64,000 bases of DNA from Pseudomonadota bacterium. Lineage in GTDB: Bacteria > Pseudomonadota > Gammaproteobacteria > Steroidobacterales > JBCCMA01. A program made the translations under genes and the position numbers. Under the pieces are notes generated by a model. That model did not search any database, was not told where the DNA came from, and saw only the letters and a list, made by a program, of their open reading frames with translations. The stretch covers positions 24,740 through 88,739 of the forward strand of contig JBCCMA010000001.1 of NCBI GenBank assembly GCA_039026595.1. The letters run 5' to 3'. Shown here in pieces: positions 55,881-64,000 of the stretch (its first letter is position 1; every line of letters starts with the position of its first letter).

Positions 55881-56788
55881 CCGCGCACATCTTGAGGTGA
55901 CACGCAGACCTCCGCATAAAGCGCCTCGATCTGAGGCAGCGTAACCCCTTCAAACTGCTCGCCGTCCCCGATGATCACAAGGCCACCCATTTCGAGCGCC
56001 GCCGGACTGATCGCAAGCGCATCCGGTTCGCCAAACGCCTCCGAACGGTGGCGGCGGCGCGGGAAGATCAGCGTATGGAAACCGTCCGGTCCCGCGGTAC
56101 CAATGATATTGACCATGGGTTCACGCCCGTGCCCGAGCGCGGTGAGTATGGCCTCCACGGCGATCGTCACCTCGGCGTCGGTATCCGCCCGCACCAGGAG
56201 GCCGCAGCGTGAACCGAACGTGACAACGGACACACCGGATCGCACGTCCGACGGCATTGTCGAGAACACCGGCAGCGCGTCGCGTCGCCCGGCCTGAAGA
56301 TGAAAATGATCCGGCGCCGAGGCGCCGCACGCCGACCCGTTGTAGAGCACAAACCACTCAGGCCCCAATGCCTGCGCGACAATATGCAGAGAATGAACCC
56401 GCCCGAGCAATAACTGTGGCACGTGTTGCCGGTCGGCCAGCGTCAGATGATCGGGCACGGCCGGGAACGGATTGGCCATCGCCACCAGATCACCAAATCC
56501 TACGCCGCGTTCTTCATCCGGCAGGTTGGCTTCGCACAGAAAACAGGGCCGCGCCTCAATGGACGCGGCGTCAGTCTTAGCGAAGGTCGACGCACGTCGA
56601 CGCAGATTGGCCTGCAGCACAATGCCGTCCGCCTCCTCACCAAGACGACGCGCCGGCGACGATGCCAGCGCGCGTTCGCCCTCTACCAGCATGGGCCATG
56701 TGGCGCGCTGCTGAATCAGTAGCTCGTCGATGGCGTCGGACAGATACGCCGGCGCGCGCACTTCGGCGAGCAGACGGTCGGGATTCAA
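55868..56788 (-). CDS. HIT-superfamily (GalT / GDP-hexose phosphorylase branch)-like protein, DUF4922-like
   Basis: CFLCEANLPDEERG, then NPFPAVPDHLTL, then the histidine-triad-like motif SAPDHFHLQAG. It overlaps both neighbours (4 nt and 13 nt). The family assignment comes from remembered motifs. Confidence 0.5.
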   Translation of the reverse strand: MNPDRLLAEVRAPAYLSDAIDELLIQQRATWPMLVEGERALASSPARRLGEEADGIVLQANLRRRASTFAKTDAASIEARPCFLCEANLPDEERGVGFGDLVAMANPFPAVPDHLTLADRQHVPQLLLGRVHSLHIVAQALGPEWFVLYNGSACGASAPDHFHLQAGRRDALPVFSTMPSDVRSGVSVVTFGSRCGLLVRADTDAEVTIAVEAILTALGHGREPMVNIIGTAGPDGFHTLIFPRRRHRSEAFGEPDALAISPAALEMGGLVIIGDGEQFEGVTLPQIEALYAEVCVSPQDVRGWGL

Positions 56789-58182
56789 TTTGCTGCCCGC
56801 CTCGCCAGAATCTCGAGCGTGCGGAGCCGGTCCTTATATCGGTCGTTGCGATTGGCCTGCTCGACGGAAAGATCGCTGTCGGTATTTCCCGACCACCGCC
56901 GACACCAGTACAGCGAATCGTAGATACGACCGGTGCGATATTGGCGCGAGAGCGTCAGCGCAAGCGCGTAGTCCTCGCCGAAGCTGACATTCGGAAAACC
57001 GATGCGCCGCAAGGTAGGCACATGAAACGCGCGTGGCGCTCCCAGGCCAGCGATGCGCAATGCGTTGTTATGGCCGTTCTCATCGGTCCATTCGCGGTGG
57101 TCGATCAGGCCCGGCGGCAACGGCTCAAGATCAAAATCGACCGTGGTGTAGGAGCCCACCAGAAAGGCCAGGTCATTTTGTTGCAGCTGATCGACGATGC
57201 GTTGAACCACGTCGTCACCTGAGTACAGATCATCGCTATCGAGCTGTACGGCATAAAGCCCGCACTGCGCGTGGCGGATCGCGTGATCCCAGCAGCCCCC
57301 GATGCCAAGGTCATGTCGTGTTGGCACGACGTGTATGAGCCGGGCATCGTCCTTCGAAAGCTGTGTGAGAGCGTCGGTCGTGCCGTCTGTGGAGTGGTTG
57401 TCCACGACGATGACGTTCATATCGAATGTGGTGGTCTGACCCAGCGCGCTCTTGGCGGCGTCGATCACTGTGTTGACGCGATCACGCACCGGAATGATCA
57501 CGCTCGCCCTGACCGGGAAGTCGTGCTCGATCGGCGCAGGCCCGGCGTCCGGCGGTGGCGCCCACGCATCGATCGCCCGCAGATGGCCCGTACACACCTC
57601 TTCAAACCGGCGCTGCAGGGTTTGCGCCTCAGCACGCAGGTAATCGAACACTTTGACACCCGTGCGAACGTGGTCCTGAGCAGATCGCGTGTAGCACGGC
57701 TCAGGCAAATGGACGATCTGCCCGCACCTGGAAAGATGCAGTCGAAGCGCGTACCACGCCACCGCGGGCAATGGGTCGCGCAGCGCCTCGTCGTCTGCCG
57801 TTAGAGCCGCCTCAAGGTTAATGATCGCGAGTGCACCGAAATTGAAGTTGTCGCGCACGCTGCCAAGTTGGTAACCGATCAACGGCCGCAATCGGCGCGC
57901 GCCCTGCTCGTCCATCTCGTGGTAGTCGCTGTAGACCAGCGTCGCACCGGTGGAATCGAGCGCACCGGACAACCGATCCAGAGCGATTTCGCTGAGCCGC
58001 GCCGCGTCATCGACCACCACGAACACCGATTGCACGCTCTGACGTTGCAGTGCGCAAAGGGCCTCGTGAAGCGACAGACCATCGGGTGCGCTGACCTCAA
58101 GCGGCGCACGGCTGCCCAGCGTGTCGGCGCACGCGCGCCCGGTTTCATCGGTTGTGGCAAGAACAAGCCAGCCTGTTGTCAT
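56785..58182 (-). CDS. family-2 glycosyltransferase with an extra degenerate GT-A-like N-terminal half
   Basis: The C-terminal half has ASVIIPVRDRVNTVIDAAKSALGQT...NVIVVDNHSTDGT and a DxD motif (LDSDD). The N-terminal ~220 aa look like a second, degenerate nucleotide-sugar fold (VFVVVDD...LVYSDY). Confidence 0.8.
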   Translation of the reverse strand: MTTGWLVLATTDETGRACADTLGSRAPLEVSAPDGLSLHEALCALQRQSVQSVFVVVDDAARLSEIALDRLSGALDSTGATLVYSDYHEMDEQGARRLRPLIGYQLGSVRDNFNFGALAIINLEAALTADDEALRDPLPAVAWYALRLHLSRCGQIVHLPEPCYTRSAQDHVRTGVKVFDYLRAEAQTLQRRFEEVCTGHLRAIDAWAPPPDAGPAPIEHDFPVRASVIIPVRDRVNTVIDAAKSALGQTTTFDMNVIVVDNHSTDGTTDALTQLSKDDARLIHVVPTRHDLGIGGCWDHAIRHAQCGLYAVQLDSDDLYSGDDVVQRIVDQLQQNDLAFLVGSYTTVDFDLEPLPPGLIDHREWTDENGHNNALRIAGLGAPRAFHVPTLRRIGFPNVSFGEDYALALTLSRQYRTGRIYDSLYWCRRWSGNTDSDLSVEQANRNDRYKDRLRTLEILARRAAN

Positions 58183-58185
58183 GAT

Positions 58186-58737
58186 TTAAAGAGCCTTGCG
58201 CATGTGAATGATGACGCTGTCGCTGCCGTTAGCTGCCGTCGTGGCGTGGCGCTCAAGTTCGCGGTATCCGCACGACAGGTAAAACGCCTCGCCCGGAATC
58301 GTGGCGCCCAGATCGATGGTCGAAAAGCCGGCGTTCCGTGCGGCCTTCTCGCCCAACTCGATCAATAACCGTCCGATCCCCCGGCGCGTCCAGTCCGGGT
58401 GCGTATACATGGCGCGGATGCGGGCGGGCTCGGTGCTCGGGTCGCTGAAGCTGTCGTCGCGGCCGACGGTGTGATTGCCGCCGTACAACGTTCTGCGCTT
58501 TCCCCAGCCACCACAGCCGACCATCACAGGGCCGTCAGGGGTGGCCGCTTCAATAATGAAATAGGTGCCGTCGTCGATCAGCGTTTGGTCGACGCCCATC
58601 GTTTCGCGGGCAGCCACGATCTCGGCGGGCGTGAGGAACGCACTCATGTTGCCGTCGATAGACGCCGACATGAGCGCCATGATGGCAGGGATATCCGATT
58701 GCCCGGCGATCCGGTGCGTAAATTCGGGAGCAGACAT
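58186..58737 (-). CDS. GNAT-family N-acetyltransferase
   Basis: The start is at the internal ATG 58737 (MSAPEFTHRIAGQSDIPAIMALM). The acetyl-CoA pocket motif is MYTHPDWTRRGIGRLLIELGEKAARNAG. The upstream 107 codons of ORF 58186..59058 are antisense to the neighbouring receptor gene. Confidence 0.85.
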   Translation of the reverse strand: MSAPEFTHRIAGQSDIPAIMALMSASIDGNMSAFLTPAEIVAARETMGVDQTLIDDGTYFIIEAATPDGPVMVGCGGWGKRRTLYGGNHTVGRDDSFSDPSTEPARIRAMYTHPDWTRRGIGRLLIELGEKAARNAGFSTIDLGATIPGEAFYLSCGYRELERHATTAANGSDSVIIHMRKAL

Positions 58738-58810
58738 AGCGCCACCATGATACCGACAAACCGATACACGCTGATACCGACCAGCGATCCGGGCCGGTAC
58801 GTGGCGCGGC

Positions 58811-61237
58811 ATGCTGCGCGCGACCCTTGAGGATACCCCCATGCACCACCATCGCTTTCGTTCTTTCGCGTCACGCTTTACCGGCCGCTTTTTACTGACG
58901 TTCTCGCTCACTGTTGGCGCCGCTACCGCTTTCGGCCAGGCCGACACCGGCGGTCTGACCATCGATGTGGTCGACGCGCGCAGCGGGCGCGCTATTGCCG
59001 CGCCCGTCGTGACCCTGACGGCGCGGGACGGACGCACGACTCCGGCACAGGGCAACACCGTCAGATCGTTGTCGCCGGGCTTGTACGCGGTAACGGTATC
59101 GGCGGATGGTTACCAGACCGTCGAAGAACCCAGCCTGCGAATCATCGCTCGCAAGGTGCAGAGGCTCGCGGTGGAACTCACGCCACTGGCGCGCAACGTG
59201 GAGGAAGTGCTGGTCACCGGTCGGGCGGTGGTCGCCGACCCCTTCGGTAGTGCCAGCGCCACGTATCTGAATCGAGAGGAGTTGCGCAGTGCGGTAGGGG
59301 CGGGCAGCGATGTGATGCGCGCATTGGATGGTCTGCCTGGTCTGACCGCCACCGGCGATTTCGCCAATTTCTCCGTGCGCGGTCGCGGGCCACGGGACAA
59401 TCTGATTTTTGTCGACGGTTTTCCGCTGGACAAGGTGGTGCACTTCGACGCGACGCTGGGCGAAGAAGAAGACGTTGGCGGCGGTGGTCGCTTTTCGATC
59501 TTCGCACCGAACTCGATTGCCGGCGCGGAGTTTTCGCCCGGAGGGTGGAGCGCCGCGTTCGGCGGGCGCAGCGGGTCACTCTTACAACTCGACGTCGCCG
59601 GCGGCAGCCCGTCCCCCAGCTTCACGGCGCGAGTGGACATCGCGGGCATCGAACTGACCTATGACGGACCAAGCGGGTTCGACGACAACACCACGGTTTA
59701 CGCCACAGCCCGTCGCTTCAATTTCGAAAACGTGTTCGATCTTGTGGGTGAGAACGACATTGGCACGCCACGCCTGACCGACATTATTCTGAAAACACGC
59801 ACCGAGCTTGGCGATCGTGACACCATTGAATCCCTGCTGGTGCTGGCGCCCGAGGACGTGGAGCGCGACGTCGAAAACGTGCTGGCCGCGGAGGACGCCA
59901 TCGACACGGGCATTGGCGGCGCCGAGCAGGATCTCGGGTTGTTTGGCGTGACCTGGCGGCGACTGGTGGGGGACAGCGCCGAATGGACCAACCGTGTGTA
60001 CGCCCGACAGAGCGACAAGGACAGCCGGCAGGGCGAGGCGATTCCGGACGCCGTACCAGCAGGCAGTCCCCCGAGCGCCATCCCCGTACGCGAGAACCTC
60101 ATTCGGGTCAGTGAGAACGAACGGGAAATCGGCTGGCGCAGCGACTATCGACAGCCGAATCGCCTTGGTGAGTTCAACGGTGGGTTCCGGGTGGTGCAAG
60201 TGGACGCCGATTTCGAGACCACATTGCGCGAGCCTTGGACCCGCTTTGTGTACAACACCGACGACCCCCGCCCGCCGGGCCAGGACTTCATCGTGCTGCA
60301 ACCGGCTGATGTGAACGCCCGTTTTGACGACTCCGCCACATCGTGGGCACTGTTCGGTGAACAGTTGTTTGAACAGGACCGCTTCAATATCCGGGCGGGA
60401 CTGCGTGTCGATGGCGACGGCTTCTCTGATGAAACGCTGGTCTCACCGCGACTGGCCGTCAACCTTCTGCCGTCAGAGGACTGGCGCGTGTCGCTTACGA
60501 CCGGGCTGTTTTACCAGTCACCGCGCTTTTTGCAACGCGGCGCCAGCAACGACAACGCGAACATCGAGTCGGAGCAAACCCTGCACGCCGCCGTTGCGGT
60601 CACCCGTCGCTTTGGTTCGGACTGGTCGCTGCTGGTAGAACCGTACTACCAGCGCCTCGACAACCTGCTGGTCGACGCCGGCCGTACGGACAGCCGTCTG
60701 AGCAACGACGGCGACGGCCGCGCATACGGCGTGGACATGGTGTTGTCGAGATCGTTCTCGAATGGCTGGTTTGGCAACGCCACCTACTCGTATAACGACA
60801 CGCAACTGAATGACAACGACGGCATGGGTGATTACACGGCTGATTTCAGCCGCGCCCACTTTTTCTCAGTCGGGGGGTCGTGGGAGATCAGCCAGCGCTG
60901 GCAGCTGGGCGCGCGCTGGAAGTTCGCCACCGGACGGCCCACAGACGACTTCATCATCAACAACGATGTGCTGGGACCCGGTCAGCTTGTACGCGCGTCC
61001 AAGGAGCTGACCCGTCGAAATGCGCTGGAGCTCGGCAACTACCACTCGCTCAATGTTCGGGTGGACTATCGTCGTTCGCTCGGGCCCGTGAACTTCATCG
61101 GGTTTATTGACGTGATCAATGTGTACGGCGGCCCGGGCGCTCAGCCGGCCGAGTTCAGTGCCATCGACGGACGCAACGTTGAAGAGGACGACGGCGCGTT
61201 TCCGATCATCGGCATTATTTTTGAGCGAACCTGGTAG
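58811..61237 (+). CDS. TonB-dependent receptor-like outer-membrane protein with an N-terminal carboxypeptidase-regulatory-like domain
   Basis: Signal peptide: FLLTFSLTVGAATAFGQAD. A CarboxypepD_reg-like beta-sandwich follows (LTIDVVDARSGRAIAAPVVTLTARDG...GLYAVTVSADGYQT), then a plug (DVMRALDGLPGLTATGDFANFSVRGRGPRDNLIFVDGFPL), then a barrel ending IIGIIFERTW. The start could instead be the ATG at 58841. Confidence 0.85.
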   Translation: MLRATLEDTPMHHHRFRSFASRFTGRFLLTFSLTVGAATAFGQADTGGLTIDVVDARSGRAIAAPVVTLTARDGRTTPAQGNTVRSLSPGLYAVTVSADGYQTVEEPSLRIIARKVQRLAVELTPLARNVEEVLVTGRAVVADPFGSASATYLNREELRSAVGAGSDVMRALDGLPGLTATGDFANFSVRGRGPRDNLIFVDGFPLDKVVHFDATLGEEEDVGGGGRFSIFAPNSIAGAEFSPGGWSAAFGGRSGSLLQLDVAGGSPSPSFTARVDIAGIELTYDGPSGFDDNTTVYATARRFNFENVFDLVGENDIGTPRLTDIILKTRTELGDRDTIESLLVLAPEDVERDVENVLAAEDAIDTGIGGAEQDLGLFGVTWRRLVGDSAEWTNRVYARQSDKDSRQGEAIPDAVPAGSPPSAIPVRENLIRVSENEREIGWRSDYRQPNRLGEFNGGFRVVQVDADFETTLREPWTRFVYNTDDPRPPGQDFIVLQPADVNARFDDSATSWALFGEQLFEQDRFNIRAGLRVDGDGFSDETLVSPRLAVNLLPSEDWRVSLTTGLFYQSPRFLQRGASNDNANIESEQTLHAAVAVTRRFGSDWSLLVEPYYQRLDNLLVDAGRTDSRLSNDGDGRAYGVDMVLSRSFSNGWFGNATYSYNDTQLNDNDGMGDYTADFSRAHFFSVGGSWEISQRWQLGARWKFATGRPTDDFIINNDVLGPGQLVRASKELTRRNALELGNYHSLNVRVDYRRSLGPVNFIGFIDVINVYGGPGAQPAEFSAIDGRNVEEDDGAFPIIGIIFERTW

Positions 61238-61249
61238 CGCGACGCGCGA

Positions 61250-63214
61250 TCACAGGCGCGCGTAGCGGTCTAGGAACGCCAGCACACGGCGATGCAGATC
61301 TCGTCGGTCTTCCAGATCACCGAGGTTGTGACCGGTCTCTGGGTAAATCTGCCATTCGTAGTCCTTGCCCAATTGATCAAGCCGTACTTTAAGTCGGTAG
61401 GCGTGCTCAATATCAACGACTTCATCCTTTCCGCCATGAACAATCATGAGCGGTACGCGTAGCTGATCGAGCAACATGTCAGGCGACTGTTCCGCCAATG
61501 ACGCCGCGTCCGTCCACGGATCTCCGATGTAGTCCTCACCCCACTCGCGGGCGCGCTCCGGCCAGTCGGATTGCGCAACGAATAAACCCAGATCGCTGAC
61601 GCCCATCAGCGTCACCGCGGCACGATAGGTCTCCGGGTGGCGAATACCGAGCATGGACGCGGCATAGCCTCCATAGCTGAAGCCTGCCACCACAATACGA
61701 TCCGCGTTTATATCGGGTCTGGCGGCCACAGCCGCAACGGCCGCGTTAATGTCGCGCAACATGCCCGCCCCGTATTCGCGCTTGCCTGCGTCACGGTACG
61801 TGTCGCCAAAGCCGCCGGAGCCGCGGAAGTTGACGCGCAACACGGCGTAGCCGTTGGCCGCGAAAAACTGGACCGTCGGCTCGAATCCAGCGTCGTCGTA
61901 CACATCCACCGGGCCGCCGTGCGGTATCACCACAAGTGGCCACGGCTGCGGATGCTCGCGGCCCGGCAGGGTGAGCAGGTAAGGGACAGTGAGTCCGTCC
62001 ACGTCCACCGTGGCCGTCTCCAGCCGGCTGGTTAGCCGCGCATTGAGATTGGGGTGCTCGCTGCCCACAAGGCGCGACTGCCGGTTATGCACCACTTCAA
62101 AGCGCCCTGGCGCGTTGTGGTCCTCCAGATAGAACAGCTCGTGCTGACCGTCCGGCGACCGGTCGATACGGATTCGTTGCTGTGTACCATCACGATCCGC
62201 CTCGTCCTGATAGCGCACGCCCTGCTCGTCGATGTAGACGGTGGTGACCTGTCCATCGCGAAGCTCCTGGACACCGATCGCGTCACTGGCTCCGGGCGCC
62301 AGGGTCACGCCGAAAATCGGGTACTCACCCGCGCGATAGATCTCGTCGACCTCTTCCGTGCGGTAATTGACACGAAAAATCGTGCGCCGCTCCTCGTCGC
62401 TCAGATCCACTGCAAAATACGTGTCCTCCGTGCGGGTGCGCGCGAGCGGGAAAAACACCGGATCGTCAGCCGACTCGTCCATCGTGTCTGCAGACCATTC
62501 ATACAATTTGTCCGTTTTGCCGTCGTCACGGAACACCGACAACAGCGCGCCGGACTCTCCTAAATGCAGAACACTGTGAGGCTGACCGCCCTCCCCCTCG
62601 AACCAGTGCAGCGCGAAACCGTCCACGGACGCCACCGCGTTGCTTGCAACAAACTGACCGCCGTCAATGCGGGTCAGCTTGGTACGCGGGAGCGCGTCGT
62701 CGTTGAGCTTGGACGCGCGCACGCGGTAGACCCGCGACACGCGCCCGCTGCGGGCGTAGAGAAACTCATCTGGTGATTCCGGGAGCGCGCCCACCATGCG
62801 CCCGCTGGTGCGGACGCTCGCCACACGGGTGGATGCCTCATTGGTGCCCTCTGTCAGCATGACCAGACGGCGCGTGCCCTTGGTATCGAGGAGATTCTCG
62901 ACCCCCGCGCGTAACTCGACCAGCGTGACCGCGACCGTCTCATTGTCGATCCACACCAGCGACAAAGGCGACGCCTCGCTCGCACCTAACGTGATCTGAT
63001 CGGCGAGGCGGCGTCGCGCACCGGTCGCCGTATCGATCACATCGATCGCCGGTTCGTTCTCCACATCTGCGATGACCGCGACCTGTCGACCGTCGGGGCT
63101 CAAGACGGCCGCACTGACATCCGGATGCGTAAAAAACTCGTCCGCCGTGAACGCATTCGCGCCAACAGACGCCGTCCACAGGGCGACCAAAGCCAGTGTA
63201 CGGATCAACGCCAA
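61250..63214 (-). CDS. S9-family serine peptidase (prolyl oligopeptidase / acylaminoacyl-peptidase type), secreted
   Basis: Signal peptide: MALIRTLALVALWTASVGANA. An N-terminal propeller-like region is followed by a C-terminal alpha/beta hydrolase domain with VAGFSYGGYAA (GxSxGG) and a downstream Asp/His region (HGGKDEVVDIEHA...PETGHNL). Confidence 0.88.
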   Translation of the reverse strand: MALIRTLALVALWTASVGANAFTADEFFTHPDVSAAVLSPDGRQVAVIADVENEPAIDVIDTATGARRRLADQITLGASEASPLSLVWIDNETVAVTLVELRAGVENLLDTKGTRRLVMLTEGTNEASTRVASVRTSGRMVGALPESPDEFLYARSGRVSRVYRVRASKLNDDALPRTKLTRIDGGQFVASNAVASVDGFALHWFEGEGGQPHSVLHLGESGALLSVFRDDGKTDKLYEWSADTMDESADDPVFFPLARTRTEDTYFAVDLSDEERRTIFRVNYRTEEVDEIYRAGEYPIFGVTLAPGASDAIGVQELRDGQVTTVYIDEQGVRYQDEADRDGTQQRIRIDRSPDGQHELFYLEDHNAPGRFEVVHNRQSRLVGSEHPNLNARLTSRLETATVDVDGLTVPYLLTLPGREHPQPWPLVVIPHGGPVDVYDDAGFEPTVQFFAANGYAVLRVNFRGSGGFGDTYRDAGKREYGAGMLRDINAAVAAVAARPDINADRIVVAGFSYGGYAASMLGIRHPETYRAAVTLMGVSDLGLFVAQSDWPERAREWGEDYIGDPWTDAASLAEQSPDMLLDQLRVPLMIVHGGKDEVVDIEHAYRLKVRLDQLGKDYEWQIYPETGHNLGDLEDRRDLHRRVLAFLDRYARL

Positions 63215-63831
63215 TTCTCCAGCAATGTGTCGACGTAGGGATCAGGAATTGCGCGCCCGTAAATCAGGTTCGCATCACCAAACCAGTCATCCCTGTGTGC
63301 CTGCAGTGTCTCAAACTGAAAGGCGATACGAGATTCAAGGGTTACTTCAACAAAATCCGTGCGGCGCTCCTTGGCGATGAACAAGCGTCCGGCATAGGCC
63401 GTCTTGCCCGGCACAACACAGAATCGCCAGAGCGGATCATCCGACGTATCGAGTCGATACGGTAGTTCAAAAAACGGCGCATCGACTTCGGTGATCTGGT
63501 ACCAGCCTTCTCGAAGCCGCAAAACCACCCATTCCGTCGGCGCCTGATCCAGACGCACGACGCTGGATCGCTTACGCGACACGGGTTCATCATGCGGGGG
63601 CGGCGTCGATTTCCGATGGGACAGCCGTGCCACGTTCATACTGGGCGCGGTGCCATCGATCACAAGTTCAAACAAGGCAAGGCCCTCATCGCCGTCAAGT
63701 TCAATGGCCTGACCGGGTGAGAAGATCGCCACCTCGGAATCGTCCGCCCACGCGGCAATCGGCATCAACCACAGGAACGTCATCAGCACGCAAGCCGCGC
63801 CTTTAATCTGGCGACGTTCAAGTCCGGTCAT
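63205..63831 (-). CDS. secreted hypothetical protein
   Basis: Signal peptide: AACVLMTFLWLMPIAAWADD. Its 3' end overlaps the start of the downstream S9 peptidase gene by 10 nt. I recognise no domain. Confidence 0.55.
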   Translation of the reverse strand: MTGLERRQIKGAACVLMTFLWLMPIAAWADDSEVAIFSPGQAIELDGDEGLALFELVIDGTAPSMNVARLSHRKSTPPPHDEPVSRKRSSVVRLDQAPTEWVVLRLREGWYQITEVDAPFFELPYRLDTSDDPLWRFCVVPGKTAYAGRLFIAKERRTDFVEVTLESRIAFQFETLQAHRDDWFGDANLIYGRAIPDPYVDTLLENWR

Positions 63832-63953
63832 TCAGCTGCTCTCCACGGGGCGGGTTGATGCGCATTAGTATAGAGTGCCAGCAGGAACCAGCAACGGGAT
63901 AGTGCAACGTGAAAAACGTGTTTGCAGCGGTCAATAAGAGACATTCTCGCGCG

Positions 63954-64000
63954 ATGCTCATCGGGCTCGCGCTTCTTCTCGCCGGGTGCTACCCAAGCGA
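63954..64000 (+). CDS. 5' end of a lipoprotein gene (runs off the right edge)
   Basis: ATG at 63954 (or the in-frame GTG at 63909) gives MLIGLALLLAGCYPS, a lipobox LAGC. Only 15 codons are visible. Confidence 0.35.
   Translation, partial: MLIGLALLLAGCYPS

Overview
High-GC (about 60%) proteobacterial chromosome segment. My guess is a marine aerobic anoxygenic phototroph of the Gammaproteobacteria, but that is inference only. The core, about 15.2-48.1 kb, is a photosynthesis gene cluster (PGC) in three tightly packed blocks: crtEF-bchCXYZ-pufQ-like-pufBA (minus strand), bchFNBHLM-lhaA-puhE-bchIDO-crtB (minus strand) and ppaA-ppsR-bchG-pucC-like-bchP-tspO (plus strand). crtC stands alone. PpsR/CrtJ operators (TGT-N12-ACA) are recognisable at bchC and at crtE/crtC. 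The cluster is unusual in what it lacks: there is no pufLM(C), puhABC, acsF/bchE, crtI or crtD anywhere in the 64 kb. The slots where those genes normally sit are closed by translationally coupled junctions, by intrinsic terminators, or by a foreign pair, an outer-membrane beta-barrel gene and a membrane-anchored LytTR regulator gene, between crtC and crtB. The left flank carries a PqqB-like MBL hydrolase (partial), an OmpA-family protein, two large secreted multidomain proteins that share a TSP3 + dockerin-like C-terminal module with a cyclophilin-like lipoprotein between them, katG, and a TonB-dependent receptor coupled to a thioredoxin-like protein. The right flank carries two small membrane ORFs, mscL, and a ~1600-aa thrombospondin-type-3-repeat protein with a GlyGly-CTERM-like tail. 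It also carries a compact GNAT / double-GT2 / HIT(GalT)-like / SpoIID-like cassette with no signal peptides, a second TonB-dependent receptor, an S9 peptidase and a secreted hypothetical. I found no tRNA or rRNA genes, CRISPR arrays, transposases or integrases. All functional calls come from motif recognition in the supplied translations; no database search was run.
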